This document shows positions 38,513 to 53,900 of a stretch of DNA of 64,000 nucleotides, piece by piece. A program made the position numbers and the translations under genes. Location: positions 21,886,001 through 21,950,000 of the forward strand of contig OZ059900.1 of assembly GCA_964057225.1 (NCBI GenBank). Direction: 5' to 3'. The notes below the pieces were generated by a model, which was not told where the DNA came from, searched no databases, and worked only from the letters and a program-made list of their open reading frames with translations. Each line of letters starts with the position of its first letter. Positions within the stretch are counted from its first letter, which is position 1. This DNA comes from Auanema rhodensis (lineage: Eukaryota; Animalia; Nematoda).

Positions 38513-40476
38513 GTGGAACTAGACGTTGTACGAACAATTTTGAGCTAGGTTTCATTGACATTGCATGAGTTTGAACACATGAAATCGTAAGTCAAAGCCT
38601 TGTTTACAGCGAAATTTCCAAAAACTGGTTTTCCAGCATAATAAAATATTTCTCATGGGAAATACTGTGTTTTTGTATTTTTCTAGTGTTCAGCATGTAA
38701 AATCCTTCATTTTAGTATGTAACACGCTGAAATTCGTTGCATTTGACAACTCATATGAACAAAAATCGATTTAATCAATATTAGCCATAATAAAATATTT
38801 CTCATGGGAAATACTGTGTTTTTGTATTTTTCTAGTGTTCAGCATGTAAAATGATTCATTTTAGTATGTAACACGCTGAAATTCGTTGCATTTGACGACT
38901 CATATGAACAAAAATCGATTTAATCAATATTAGCCATAAGGGGCGTGCCCTCAGAATATGCTAATTTCCTTAATTTTCTAACCCCTGTTTTTTTGTCGTG
39001 AAAGTGGAACTAGACGTTGTACGAACAATTTTGAGCTAGGTTTCATTGACATTGCATGAGTTTGAACACATGAAATCGTAAGTCAAAGCCTTGTTTACAG
39101 CGAAATTTCCAAAAACTGGTTTTCCAGCATAATAAAATATTTCTCATGGGAAATACTGTGTTTTTGTATTTTTCTAGTGTTCAGCATGTAAAATCCTTCA
39201 TTTTAGTATGTAACACGCTGAAATTCGTTGCATTTGACAACTCATATGAACAAAAATCGATTTAATCAATATTAGCCATAATAAAATATTTCTCATGGGA
39301 AATACTGTGTTTTTGTATTTTTCTAGTGTTCAGCATGTAAAATGATTCATTTTAGTATGTAACACGCTGAAATTCGTTGCATTTGACGACTCATATGAAC
39401 AAAAATCGATTTAATCAATATTAGCCATAAGGGGCGTGCCCTCAGAATATGCTAATTTCCTTAATTTTCTAACCCCTGTTTTTTTGTCGTGAAAGTGGAA
39501 CTAGACGTTGTACGAACAATTTTGAGCTAGGTTTCATTGACATTGCATGAGTTTGAACACATGAAATCGTAAGTCAAAGCCTTGTTTACAGCGAAATTTC
39601 CAAAAACTGGTTTTCCAGCATAATAAAATATTTCTCATGGGAAATACTGTGTTTTTGTATTTTTCTAGTGTTCAGCATGTAAAATCCTTCATTTTAGTAT
39701 GTAACACGCTGAAATTCGTTGCATTTGACAACTCATATGAACAAAAATCGATTTAATCAATATTAGCCATAATAAAATATTTCTCATGGGAAATACTGTG
39801 TTTTTGTATTTTTCTAGTGTTCAGCATGTAAAATGATTCATTTTAGTATGTAACACGCTGAAATTCGTTGCATTTGACGACTCATATGAACAAAAATCGA
39901 TTTAATCAATATTAGCCATAAGGGGCGTGCCCTCAGAATATGCTAATTTCCTTAATTTTCTAACCCCTGTTTTTTTGTCGTGAAAGTGGAACTAGACGTT
40001 GTACGAACAATTTTGAGCTAGGTTTCATTGACATTGCATGAGTTTGAACACATGAAATCGTAAGTCAAAGCCTTGTTTACAGCGAAATTTCCAAAAACTG
40101 GTTTTCCAGCATAATAAAATATTTCTCATGGGAAATACTGTGTTTTTGTATTTTTCTAGTGTTCAGCATGTAAAATCCTTCATTTTAGTATGTAACACGC
40201 TGAAATTCGTTGCATTTGACAACTCATATGAACAAAAATCGATTTAATCAATATTAGCCATAATAAAATATTTCTCATGGGAAATACTGTGTTTTTGTAT
40301 TTTTCTAGTGTTCAGCATGTAAAATGATTCATTTTAGTATGTAACACGCTGAAATTCGTTGCATTTGACGACTCATATGAACAAAAATCGATTTAATCAA
40401 TATTAGCCATAAGGGGCGTGCCCTCAGAATATGCTAATTTCCTTAATTTTCTAACCCCTGTTTTTTTGTCGTGAAA
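38513..40476 (+). repeat. Run of four consecutive 491-bp units
   Basis: Unit starts at 38513, 39004, 39495 and 39986; the next unit starts at 40477. Confidence 0.93.
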
Positions 40477-41993
40477 GTGGAACTAGACGTTGTACGAACA
40501 ATTTTGAGCTAGGTTTCATTGACATTGCATGAGTTTGAACACATGAAATCGTAAGTCAAAACCTTGTTTACAGCGAAATTTCCAAAAACTGGTTTTCCAG
40601 CATAATAAAATATTTCTCATGGGAAATACTGTGTTTTTGTATTTTTCTAGTGTTCAGCATGTAAAATGCTTCATTTTAGTATGTAACACGCTGAAATTCG
40701 TTGCATTTGACGACTCATATGAACAAAAATCGATTTAATCAATATTAGCCATAAGGGGCGTGCCCTCAGAATATGCTAATTTCCTTAATTTTCTAACCCC
40801 TGTTTTTTTGTCGTGAAAGTGGAACTAGACGTTGTACGAACAATTTTGAGCTAGGTTTCATTGACATTGCATGAGTTTGAACACATGAAATCGTAAGTCA
40901 AAGCCTTGTTTACAGCGAAATTTCCAAAAACTGGTTTTCCAGCATAATAAAATATTTCTCATGGGAAATACTGTGTTTTTGTATTTTTCTAGTGTTCAGC
41001 ATGTAAAATCCTTCATTTTAGTATGTAACACGCTGAAATTCGTTGCATTTGACAACTCATATGAACAAAAATCGATTTAATCAATATTAGCCATAATAAA
41101 ATATTTCTCATGGGAAATACTGTGTTTTTGTATTTTTCTAGTGTTCAGCATGTAAAATGATTCATTTTAGTATGTAACACGCTGAAATTCGTTGCATTTG
41201 ACGACTCATATGAACAAAAATCGATTTAATCAATATTAGCCATAAGGGGCGTGCCCTCAGAATATGCTAATTTCCTTAATTTTCTAACCCCTGTTTTTTT
41301 GTCGTGAAAGTGGAACTAGACGTTGTACGAACAATTTTGAGCTAGGTTTCATTGACATTGCATGAGTTTGAACACATGAAATCGTAAGTCAAAACCTTGT
41401 TTACAGCGAAATTTCCAAAAACTGGTTTTCCAGCATAATAAAATATTTCTCATGGGAAATACTGTGTTTTTGTATTTTTCTAGTGTTCAGCATGTAAAAT
41501 GCTTCATTTTAGTATGTAACACGCTGAAATTCGTTGCATTTGACGACTCATATGAACAAAAATCGATTTAATCAATATTAGCCATAAGGGGCGTGCCCTC
41601 AGAATATGCTAATTTCCTTAATTTTCTAACCCCTGTTTTTTTGTCGTGAAAGTGGAACTAGACGTTGTACGAACAATTTTGAGCTAGGTTTCATTGACAT
41701 TGCATGAGTTTGAACACATGAAATCGTAAGTCAAAACCTTGTTTACAGCGAAATTTCCAAAAACTGGTTTTCCAGCATAATAAAATATTTCTCATGGGAA
41801 ATACTGTGTTTTTGTATTTTTCTAGTGTTCAGCATGTAAAATGCTTCATTTTAGTATGTAACACGCTAAAATTCGTTGCATTTGACGACTCATATGAACA
41901 AAAATCGATTTAATCAATATTAGCCATAAGTGGCGTGCCCTCAGAATATGCTAATTTCCTTAATTTTCTAACCCCTGTTTTTTTGTCGTGAAA

Positions 41994-44900
41994 GTGGAAC
42001 TAGACGTTGTACGAACAATTTTGAGCTAGGTTTCATTGACATTGCATGAGTTTGAACACATGAAATCGTAAGTCAAAACCTTGTTTACAGCGAAATTTCC
42101 AAAAACTGGTTTTCCAGCATAATAAAATATTTCTCATGGGAAATACTGTGTTTTTGTATTTTTCTAGTGTTCAGCATGTAAAATGCTTCATTTTAGTATG
42201 TAACACGCTAAAATTCGTTGCATTTGACGACTCATATGAACAAAAATCGATTTAATCAATATTAGCCATAAGGGGCGTGCCCTCAGAATATGCTAATTTC
42301 CTTAATTTTCTAACCCCTGTTTTTTTGTCGTGAAAGTGGAACTAGACGTTGTACGAACAATTTTGAGCTAGGTTTCATTGACATTGCATGAGTTTGAACA
42401 CATGAAATCGTAAGTCAAAACCTTGTTTACAGCGAAATTTCCAAAAACTGGTTTTCCAGCATAATAAAATATTTCTCATGGGAAATACTGTGTTTTTGTA
42501 TTTTTTTAGTGTTCAGCATGTAAAATGCTTCATTTCAGTATGTAACACGCTGAAATTCGTTGCATTTGACGACTCATATGAACAAAAATCGATTTAATCA
42601 ATATTAGCCATAAGGGGCGTGCCCTCAGAATATGCTAATTTCCTTAATTTTCTAACCCCTGTTTTTTTGTCGTGAAAGTGGAACTAGACGTTGTACGAAC
42701 AATTTTGAGCAAGGTTTCATTGACATTGCATGAGTTTGAACACATGAAATCGTAAGTCAAAACCTTGTTTACAGCGAAATTTCCAAAAACTGGTTTTCCA
42801 GCATAATAAAATATTTCTCATGGGAAATACTGTGTTTTTGTATTTTTCTAGTGTTCAGCATGTAAAATGCTTCATTTTAGTATGTAACACGCTGAAATTC
42901 GTTGCATTTGACGACTCATATGAACAAAAATCGATTTAATCAATATTAGACATAAGGGGCGTGCCCTCAGAATATGCTAATTTCCTTAATTTTCTAACCC
43001 CTGTTTTTTTGTCGTGAAAGTGGAACTAGACGTTGTACGAACAATTTTGAGCTAGGTTTCATTGACATTGCATGAGTTTGAACACATGAAATCGTAAGTC
43101 AAAACCTTGTTTACAGCGAAATTTCCAAAAACTGGTTTTCCAGCATAATAAAATATTTCTCATGGGAAATACTGTGTTTTTGTATTTTTCTAGTGTTCAG
43201 CATGTAAAATGCTTCATTTTAGTATGTAACACGCTGAAATTCGTTGCATTTGACAACTCATATGAACAAAAATCGATTTAATCAATATTAGCCATAATAA
43301 AATATTTCTCATGGGAAATACTGTGTTTTTGTATTTTTCTAGTGTTCAGCATGTAAAATGATTCATTTTAGTATGTAACACGCTGAAATTCGTTGCATTT
43401 GACGACTCATATGAACAAAAATCGATTTAATCAATATTAGCCATAAGGGGCGTGCCCTCAGAATATGCTAATTTCCTTAATTTTCTAACCCCTGTTTTTT
43501 TGTCGTGAAAGTGGAACTAGACGTTGTACGAACAATTTTGAGCTAGGTTTCATTGACATTGCATGAGTTTGAACACATGAAATCGTAAGTCAAAACCTTG
43601 TTTACAGCGAAATTTCCAAAAACTGGTTTTCCAGCATAATAAAATATTTCTCATGGGAAATACTGTGTTTTTGTATTTTTCTAGTGTTCAGCATGTAAAA
43701 TGCTTCATTTTAGTATGTAACACGCTGAAATTCGTTGCATTTGACGACTCATATGAACAAAAATCGATTTAATCAATATTAGCCATAAGGGGCGTGCCCT
43801 CAGAATATGCTAATTTCCTTAATTTTCTAACCCCTGTTTTTTTGTCGTGAAAGTGGAACTAGACGTTGTACGAACAATTTTGAGCTAGGTTTCATTGACA
43901 TTGCATGAGTTTGAACACATGAAATCGTAAGTCAAAGCCTTGTTTACAGCGAAATTTCCAAAAACTGGTTTTCCAGCATAATAAAATATTTCTCATGGGA
44001 AATACTGTGTTTTTGTATTTTTCTAGTGTTCAGCATGTAAAATCCTTCATTTTAGTATGTAACACGCTGAAATTCGTTGCATTTGACAACTCATATGAAC
44101 AAAAATCGATTTAATCAATATTAGCCATAATAAAATATTTCTCATGGGAAATACTGTGTTTTTGTATTTTTCTAGTGTTCAGCATGTAAAATGCTTCATT
44201 TTAGTATGTAACACGCTGAAATTCGTTGCATTTGACGACTTATATGAACAAAAATCGATTTAATCAATATTAGCCATAAGGGGCGTGCCCTCAGAATATG
44301 CTAATTTCCTTAATTTTCTAACCCCTGTTTTTTTGTCGTGAAAGTGGAACTAGACGTTGTACGAACAATTTTGAGCTAGGTTTCATTGACATTGCATGAG
44401 TTTGAACACATGAAATCGTAAGTCAAAACCTTGTTTACAGCGAAATTTCCAAAAACTGGTTTTCCAGCATAATAAAATATTTCTCATGGGAAATACTGTG
44501 TTTTTGTATTTTTCTAGTGTTCAGCATGTAAAATGCTTCATTTTAGTATGTAACACGCTGAAATTCGTTGCATTTGACAACTCATATGAACAAAAATCGA
44601 TTTAATCAATATTAGCCATAATAAAATATTTCTCATGGGAAATACTGTGTTTTTGTATTTTTCTAGTGTTCAGCATGTAAAATTATTCATTTTAGTATGT
44701 AACACGCTGAAATTCGTTGCATTTGACGACTCATATGAACAAAAATCGATTTAATCAATATTAGACATAAGGGGCGTGCCCTCAGAATATGCTAATTTCC
44801 TTAATTTTCTAACCCCTGTTTTTTTGTCGTGAAAGTGGAACTAGACGTTGTACGAACAATTTTGAGCTAGGTTTCATTGACATTGCATGAGTTTGAACAC

Positions 44901-47900
44901 ATGAAATCGTAAGTCAAAACCTTGTTTACAGCGAAATTTCCAAAAACTGGTTTTCCAGCATAATAAAATATTTCTCATGGGAAATACTGTGTTTTTGTAT
45001 TTTTCTAGTGTTCAGCATGTAAAATGCTTCATTTTAGTATGTAACACGCTGAAATTCGTTGCATTTGACGACTTATATGAACAAAAATCGATTTAATCAA
45101 TATTAGCCATAAGGGGCGTGCCCTCAGAATATGCTAATTTCCTTAATTTTCTAACCCCTGTTTTTTTGTCGTGAAAGTGGAACTAGACGTTGTACGAACA
45201 ATTTTGAGCTAGGTTTCATTGACATTGCATGAGTTTGAACACATGAAATCGTAAGTCAAAACCTTGTTTACAGCGAAATTTCCAAAAACTGGTTTTCCAG
45301 CATAATAAAATATTTCTCATGGGAAATACTGTGTTTTTGTATTTTTCTAGTGTTCAGCATGTAAAATGCTTCATTTTAGTATGTAACACGCTGAAATTCG
45401 TTGCATTTGACGACTCATATGAACAAAAATCGATTTAATCAATATTAGCCATAAGGGGCGTGCCCTCAGAATATGCTAATTTCCTTAATTTTCTAACCCC
45501 TGTTTTTTTGTCGTGAAAGTGGAACTAGACGTTGTACGAACAATTTTGAGCTAAGTTTCATTGACATTGCATGAGTTTGAACACATGAAATCGTAAGTCA
45601 AAACCTTGTTTACAGCGAAATTTCCAAAAACTGGTTTTCCAGCATAATAAAATATTTCTCATGGGAAATACTGTGTTTTTGTATTTTTCTAGTGTTCAGC
45701 ATGTAAAATGCTTCATTTTAGTATGTAACACGCTGAAATTCGTTGCATTTGACGACTCATATGAACAAAAATCGATTTAATCAATATTAGCCATAAGGGG
45801 CGTGCCCTCAGAATATGCTAATTTCCTTAATTTTCTAACCTCTGTTTTTTTGTCGTGAAAGTGGAACTAAACGTTGTACGAACAATTTTGAGCTAGGTTT
45901 CATTGACATTGCATGAGTTTGAACACATGAAATCGTAAGTCAAAACCTTGTTTACAGCGAAATTTCCAAAAACTGGTTTTCCAGCATAATAAAATATTTC
46001 TCATGGGAAATACTGTGGTTTTGTATTTTTCTAGTGTTCAGCATGTAAAATGCTTCATATTAGTATGTAACACGCTGAAATTCGTTGCATTTGACGACTC
46101 ATATGAACAAAAATCGATTTAATCAATATTAGCCATAAGGGGCGTGCCCTCAGAATATGCTAATTTCCTTAATTTTCTAACCCCTGTTTTTTTGTCGTGA
46201 AAGTGGAACTAGACGTTGTACGAACAATTTTGAACTAAGTTTCATTGACATTGCATGAGTTTGAACACATGAAATCGTAAGTCAAAACCTTGTTTACAGC
46301 GAAATTTCCAAAAACTGGTTTTCCAGCATAATAAAATATTTCTCATGGGAAATACTGTGTTTTTGTTTTTTTCTAGTGTTCAGCATGTAAAATGCTTCAT
46401 TTTAGTATGTAACACGCTGAAATTCGTTGCATTTGACGAATCATATGAACAAAAATCGATTTAATCAATATTAGCCATAAGGGGCGTGCCCTCAGAATAT
46501 GCTAATTTCCTTAATTTTCTAACCCCTGTTTTTTTGTCGTGAAAGTGGAACTAGACGTTGTACGAACAATTTTGAGCTAGGTTTCATTGACATTGCATGA
46601 GTTTGAACACATGAAATCGTAAGTCAAAACCTTGTTTACAGCGAAATTTCCAAAAACTGGTTTTCCAGCATAATAAAATATTTCTCATGGGAAATACTGT
46701 GTTTTTGTATTTTTCTAGTGTTCAGCATGTAAAATGCTTCATATTAGTATGTAACACGCTGAAATTCGTTGCATTTGACGACTCATATGAACAAAAATCG
46801 ATTTAATCAATATTAGCCATAAGGGGCGTGCCCTCAGAATATGCTAATTTCCTTAATTTTCTAACCCCTGTTTTTTTGTCGTGAAAGTGGAACTAGACGT
46901 TGTACGAACAATTTTGAGCTAGGTTTCATTGACATTGCATGAGTTTGAACACATGAAATCGTAAGTCAAAACCTTGTTTACAGCGAAATTTCCAAAAACT
47001 GGTTTTCCAGCATAATAAAATATTTCTCATGGGAAATACTGTGTTTTTGTTTTTTTCTAGTGTTCAGCATGTAAAATGCTTCATTTTAGTATGTAACACG
47101 CTGAAATTCGTTGCATTTGACGACTCATATGAACAAAAATCGATTTAATCAATATTAGCCATAAGGGGCGTGCCCTCAGAATATGCTAATTTCCTTAATT
47201 TTCTAACCTCTGTTTTTTTGTCGTGAAAGTGGAACTAAACGTTGTACGAACAATTTTGAGCTAGGTTTCATTGACATTGCATGAGTTTGAACACATGAAA
47301 TCGTAAGTCAAAACCTTGTTTACAGCGAAATTTCCAAAAACTGGTTTTCCAGCATAATAAAATATTTCTCATGGGAAATACTGTGTTTTTGTATTTTTCT
47401 AGTGTTCAGCATGTAAAATGCTTCATATTAGTATGTAACACGCTGAAATTCGTTGCATTTGACGACTCATATGAACAAAAATCGATTTAATCAATATTAG
47501 CCATAAGGGGCGTGCCCTCAGAATATGCTAATTTCCTTAATTTTCTAACCCCTGTTTTTTTGTCGTGAAAGTGGAACTAGACGTTGTACGAACAATTTTG
47601 AGCTAAGTTTCATTGACATTGCATGAGTTTGAACACATGAAATCGTAAGTCAAAACCTTGTTTACAGCGAAATTTCCAAAAACTGGTTTTCCAGCATAAT
47701 AAAATATTTCTCATGGGAAATACTGTGTTTTTGTATTTTTCTAGTGTTCAGCATGTAAAATGATTCATTTTAGTATGTAACACGCTGAAATTCGTTGCAT
47801 TTGACGACTCATATGAACAAAAATCGATTTAATCAATATTAGCCATAAGGGGCGTGCCCTCAGAATATGCTAATTTCCTTAATTTTCTAACCCCTGTTTT

Positions 47901-50900
47901 TTTGTCGTGAAAGTGGAACTAGACGTTGTACGAACAATTTTGAGCTAGGTTTCATTGACATTGCATGAGTTTGAACACATGAAATCGTAAGTCAAAGCCT
48001 TGTTTACAGCGAAATTTCCAAAAACTGGTTTTCCAGCATAATAAAATATTTCTCATGGGAAATACTGTGTTTTTGTATTTTTCTAGTGTTCAGCATGTAA
48101 AATCCTTCATTTTAGTATGTAACACGCTGAAATTCGTTGCATTTGACAACTCATATGAACAAAAATCGATTTAATCAATATTAGCCATAATAAAATATTT
48201 CTCATGGGAAATACTGTGTTTTTGTATTTTTCTAGTGTTCAGCATGTAAAATGATTCATTTTAGTATGTAACACGCTGAAATTCGTTGCATTTGACGACT
48301 CATATGAACAAAAATCGATTTAATCAATATTAGCCATAAGGGGCGTGCCCTCAGAATATGCTAATTTCCTTAATTTTCTAACCCCTGTTTTTTTGTCGTG
48401 AAAGTGGAACTAGACGTTGTACGAACAATTTTGAGCTAGGTTTCATTGACATTGCATGAGTTTGAACACATGAAATCGTAAGTCAAAACCTTGTTTACAG
48501 CGAAATTTCCAAAAACTGGTTTTCCAGCATAATAAAATATTTCTCATGGGAAATACTGTGTTTTTGTATTTTTCTAGTGTTCAGCATGTAAAATGCTTCA
48601 TTTTAGTATGTAACACGCTAAAGTTCGTTGCATTTGACGACTCATATGAACAAAAATCGATTTAATCAATATTAGCCATAAGGGGCGTGCCCTCAGAATA
48701 TGCTAATTTCCTTAATTTTCTAACCCCTGTTTTTTTGTCGTGAAAGTGGAACTAGACGTTGTACGAACAATTTTGAGCTAGGTTTCATTGACATTGCATG
48801 AGTTTGAACACATGAAATCGTAAGTCAAAGCCTTGTTTACAGCGAAATTTCCAAAAACTGGTTTTCCAGCATAATAAAATATTTCTCATGGGAAATACTG
48901 TGTTTTTGTATTTTTCTAGTGTTCAGCATGTAAAATCCTTCATTTTAGTATGTAACACGCTGAAATTCGTTGCATTTGACAACTCATATGAACAAAAATC
49001 GATTTAATCAATATTAGCCATAATAAAATATTTCTCATGGGAAATACTGTGTTTTTGTATTTTTCTAGTGTTCAGCATGTAAAATGATTCATTTTAGTAT
49101 GTAACACGCTGAAATTCGTTGCATTTGACGACTCATATGAACAAAAATCGATTTAATCAATATTAGCCATAAGGGGCGTGCCCTCAGAATATGCTAATTT
49201 CCTTAATTTTCTAACCCCTGTTTTTTTGTCGTGAAAGTGGAACTAGACGTTGTACGAACAATTTTGAGCTAGGTTTCATTGACATTGCATGAGTTTGAAC
49301 ACATGAAATCGTAAGTCAAAACCTTGTTTACAGCGAAATTTCCAAAAACTGGTTTTCCAGCATAATAAAATATTTCTCATGGGAAATACTGTGTTTTTGT
49401 ATTTTTCTAGTGTTCAGCATGTAAAATGCTTCATTTTAGTATGTAACACGCTAAAATTCGTTGCATTTGACGACTCATATGAACAAAAATCGATTTAATC
49501 AATATTAGCCATAAGGGGCGTGCCCTCAGAATATGCTAATTTCCTTAATTTTCTAACCCCTGTTTTTTTGTCGTGAAAGTGGAACTAGACGTTGTACGAA
49601 CAATTTTGAGCTAGGTTTCATTGACATTGCATGAGTTTGAACACATGAAATCGTAAGTCAAAACCTTGTTTACAGCGAAATTTCCAAAAACTGGTTTTCC
49701 AGCATAATAAAATATTTCTCATGGGAAATACTGTGTTTTTGTATTTTTTTAGTGTTCAGCATGTAAAATGCTTCATTTCAGTATGTAACACGCTGAAATT
49801 CGTTGCATTTGACGACTCATATGAACAAAAATCGATTTAATCAATATTAGCCATAAGGGGCGTGCCCTCAGAATATGCTAATTTCCTTAATTTTCTAACC
49901 CCTGTTTTTTTGTCGTGAAAGTGGAACTAGACGTTGTACGAACAATTTTGAGCAAGGTTTCATTGACATTGCATGAGTTTGAACACATGAAATCGTAAGT
50001 CAAAACCTTGTTTACAGCGAAATTTCCAAAAACTGGTTTTCCAGCATAATAAAATATTTCTCATGGGAAATACTGTGTTTTTGTATTTTTCTAGTGTTCA
50101 GCATGTAAAATGCTTCATTTTAGTATGTAACACGCTGAAATTCGTTGCATTTGACGACTCATATGAACAAAAATCGATTTAATCAATATTAGACATAAGG
50201 GGCGTGCCCTCAGAATATGCTAATTTCCTTAATTTTCTAACCCCTGTTTTTTTGTCGTGAAAGTGGAACTAGACGTTGTACGAACAATTTTGAGCTAGGT
50301 TTCATTGACATTGCATGAGTTTGAACACATGAAATCGTAAGTCAAAACCTTGTTTACAGCGAAATTTCCAAAAACTGGTTTTCCAGCATAATAAAATATT
50401 TCTCATGGGAAATACTGTGTTTTTGTATTTTTCTAGTGTTCAGCATGTAAAATGCTTCATTTTAGTATGTAACACGCTGAAATTCGTTGCATTTGACAAC
50501 TCATATGAACAAAAATCGATTTAATCAATATTAGCCATAATAAAATATTTCTCATGGGAAATACTGTGTTTTTGTATTTTTCTAGTGTTCAGCATGTAAA
50601 ATGATTCATTTTAGTATGTAACACGCTGAAATTCGTTGCATTTGACGACTCATATGAACAAAAATCGATTTAATCAATATTAGCCATAAGGGGCGTGCCC
50701 TCAGAATATGCTAATTTCCTTAATTTTCTAACCCCTGTTTTTTTGTCGTGAAAGTGGAACTAGACGTTGTACGAACAATTTTGAGCTAGGTTTCATTGAC
50801 ATTGCATGAGTTTGAACACATGAAATCGTAAGTCAAAACCTTGTTTACAGCGAAATTTCCAAAAACTGGTTTTCCAGCATAATAAAATATTTCTCATGGG

Positions 50901-53900
50901 AAATACTGTGTTTTTGTATTTTTCTAGTGTTCAGCATGTAAAATGCTTCATTTTAGTATGTAACACGCTGAAATTCGTTGCATTTGACGACTCATATGAA
51001 CAAAAATCGATTTAATCAATATTAGCCATAAGGGGCGTGCCCTCAGAATATGCTAATTTCCTTAATTTTCTAACCCCTGTTTTTTTGTCGTGAAAGTGGA
51101 ACTAGACGTTGTACGAACAATTTTGAGCTAGGTTTCATTGACATTGCATGAGTTTGAACACATGAAATCGTAAGTCAAAGCCTTGTTTACAGCGAAATTT
51201 CCAAAAACTGGTTTTCCAGCATAATAAAATATTTCTCATGGGAAATACTGTGTTTTTGTATTTTTCTAGTGTTCAGCATGTAAAATCCTTCATTTTAGTA
51301 TGTAACACGCTGAAATTCGTTGCATTTGACAACTCATATGAACAAAAATCGATTTAATCAATATTAGCCATAATAAAATATTTCTCATGGGAAATACTGT
51401 GTTTTTGTATTTTTCTAGTGTTCAGCATGTAAAATGCTTCATTTTAGTATGTAACACGCTGAAATTCGTTGCATTTGACGACTTATATGAACAAAAATCG
51501 ATTTAATCAATATTAGCCATAAGGGGCGTGCCCTCAGAATATGCTAATTTCCTTAATTTTCTAACCCCTGTTTTTTTGTCGTGAAAGTGGAACTAGACGT
51601 TGTACGAACAATTTTGAGCTAGGTTTCATTGACATTGCATGAGTTTGAACACATGAAATCGTAAGTCAAAACCTTGTTTACAGCGAAATTTCCAAAAACT
51701 GGTTTTCCAGCATAATAAAATATTTCTCATGGGAAATACTGTGTTTTTGTATTTTTCTAGTGTTCAGCATGTAAAATGCTTCATTTTAGTATGTAACACG
51801 CTGAAATTCGTTGCATTTGACAACTCATATGAACAAAAATCGATTTAATCAATATTAGCCATAATAAAATATTTCTCATGGGAAATACTGTGTTTTTGTA
51901 TTTTTCTAGTGTTCAGCATGTAAAATTATTCATTTTAGTATGTAACACGCTGAAATTCGTTGCATTTGACGACTCATATGAACAAAAATCGATTTAATCA
52001 ATATTAGACATAAGGGGCGTGCCCTCAGAATATGCTAATTTCCTTAATTTTCTAACCCCTGTTTTTTTGTCGTGAAAGTGGAACTAGACGTTGTACGAAC
52101 AATTTTGAGCTAGGTTTCATTGACATTGCATGAGTTTGAACACATGAAATCGTAAGTCAAAACCTTGTTTACAGCGAAATTTCCAAAAACTGGTTTTCCA
52201 GCATAATAAAATATTTCTCATGGGAAATACTGTGTTTTTGTATTTTTCTAGTGTTCAGCATGTAAAATGCTTCATTTTAGTATGTAACACGCTGAAATTC
52301 GTTGCATTTGACGACTTATATGAACAAAAATCGATTTAATCAATATTAGCCATAAGGGGCGTGCCCTCAGAATATGCTAATTTCCTTAATTTTCTAACCC
52401 CTGTTTTTTTGTCGTGAAAGTGGAACTAGACGTTGTACGAACAATTTTGAGCTAGGTTTCATTGACATTGCATGAGTTTGAACACATGAAATCGTAAGTC
52501 AAAACCTTGTTTACAGCGAAATTTCCAAAAACTGGTTTTCCAGCATAATAAAATATTTCTCATGGGAAATACTGTGTTTTTGTATTTTTCTAGTGTTCAG
52601 CATGTAAAATGCTTCATTTTAGTATGTAACACGCTGAAATTCGTTGCATTTGACGACTCATATGAACAAAAATCGATTTAATCAATATTAGCCATAAGGG
52701 GCGTGCCCTCAGAATATGCTAATTTCCTTAATTTTCTAACCCCTGTTTTTTTGTCGTGAAAGTGGAACTAGACGTTGTACGAACAATTTTGAGCTAAGTT
52801 TCATTGACATTGCATGAGTTTGAACACATGAAATCGTAAGTCAAAACCTTGTTTACAGCGAAATTTCCAAAAACTGGTTTTCCAGCATAATAAAATATTT
52901 CTCATGGGAAATACTGTGTTTTTGTATTTTTCTAGTGTTCAGCATGTAAAATGCTTCATTTTAGTATGTAACACGCTGAAATTCGTTGCATTTGACGACT
53001 CATATGAACAAAAATCGATTTAATCAATATTAGCCATAAGGGGCGTGCCCTCAGAATATGCTAATTTCCTTAATTTTCTAACCTCTGTTTTTTTGTCGTG
53101 AAAGTGGAACTAAACGTTGTACGAACAATTTTGAGCTAGGTTTCATTGACATTGCATGAGTTTGAACACATGAAATCGTAAGTCAAAACCTTGTTTACAG
53201 CGAAATTTCCAAAAACTGGTTTTCCAGCATAATAAAATATTTCTCATGGGAAATACTGTGTTTTTGTATTTTTCTAGTGTTCAGCATGTAAAATGCTTCA
53301 TATTAGTATGTAACACGCTGAAATTCGTTGCATTTGACGACTCATATGAACAAAAATCGATTTAATCAATATTAGCCATAAGGGGCGTGCCCTCAGAATA
53401 TGCTAATTTCCTTAATTTTCTAACCCCTGTTTTTTTGTCGTGAAAGTGGAACTAGACGTTGTACGAACAATTTTGAACTAAGTTTCATTGACATTGCATG
53501 AGTTTGAACACATGAAATCGTAAGTCAAAACCTTGTTTACAGCGAAATTTCCAAAAACTGGTTTTCCAGCATAATAAAATATTTCTCATGGGAAATACTG
53601 TGTTTTTGTTTTTTTCTAGTGTTCAGCATGTAAAATGCTTCATTTTAGTATGTAACACGCTGAAATTCGTTGCATTTGACGAATCATATGAACAAAAATC
53701 GATTTAATCAATATTAGCCATAAGGGGCGTGCCCTCAGAATATGCTAATTTCCTTAATTTTCTAACCCCTGTTTTTTTGTCGTGAAAGTGGAACTAGACG
53801 TTGTACGAACAATTTTGAGCTAGGTTTCATTGACATTGCATGAGTTTGAACACATGAAATCGTAAGTCAAAACCTTGTTTACAGCGAAATTTCCAAAAAC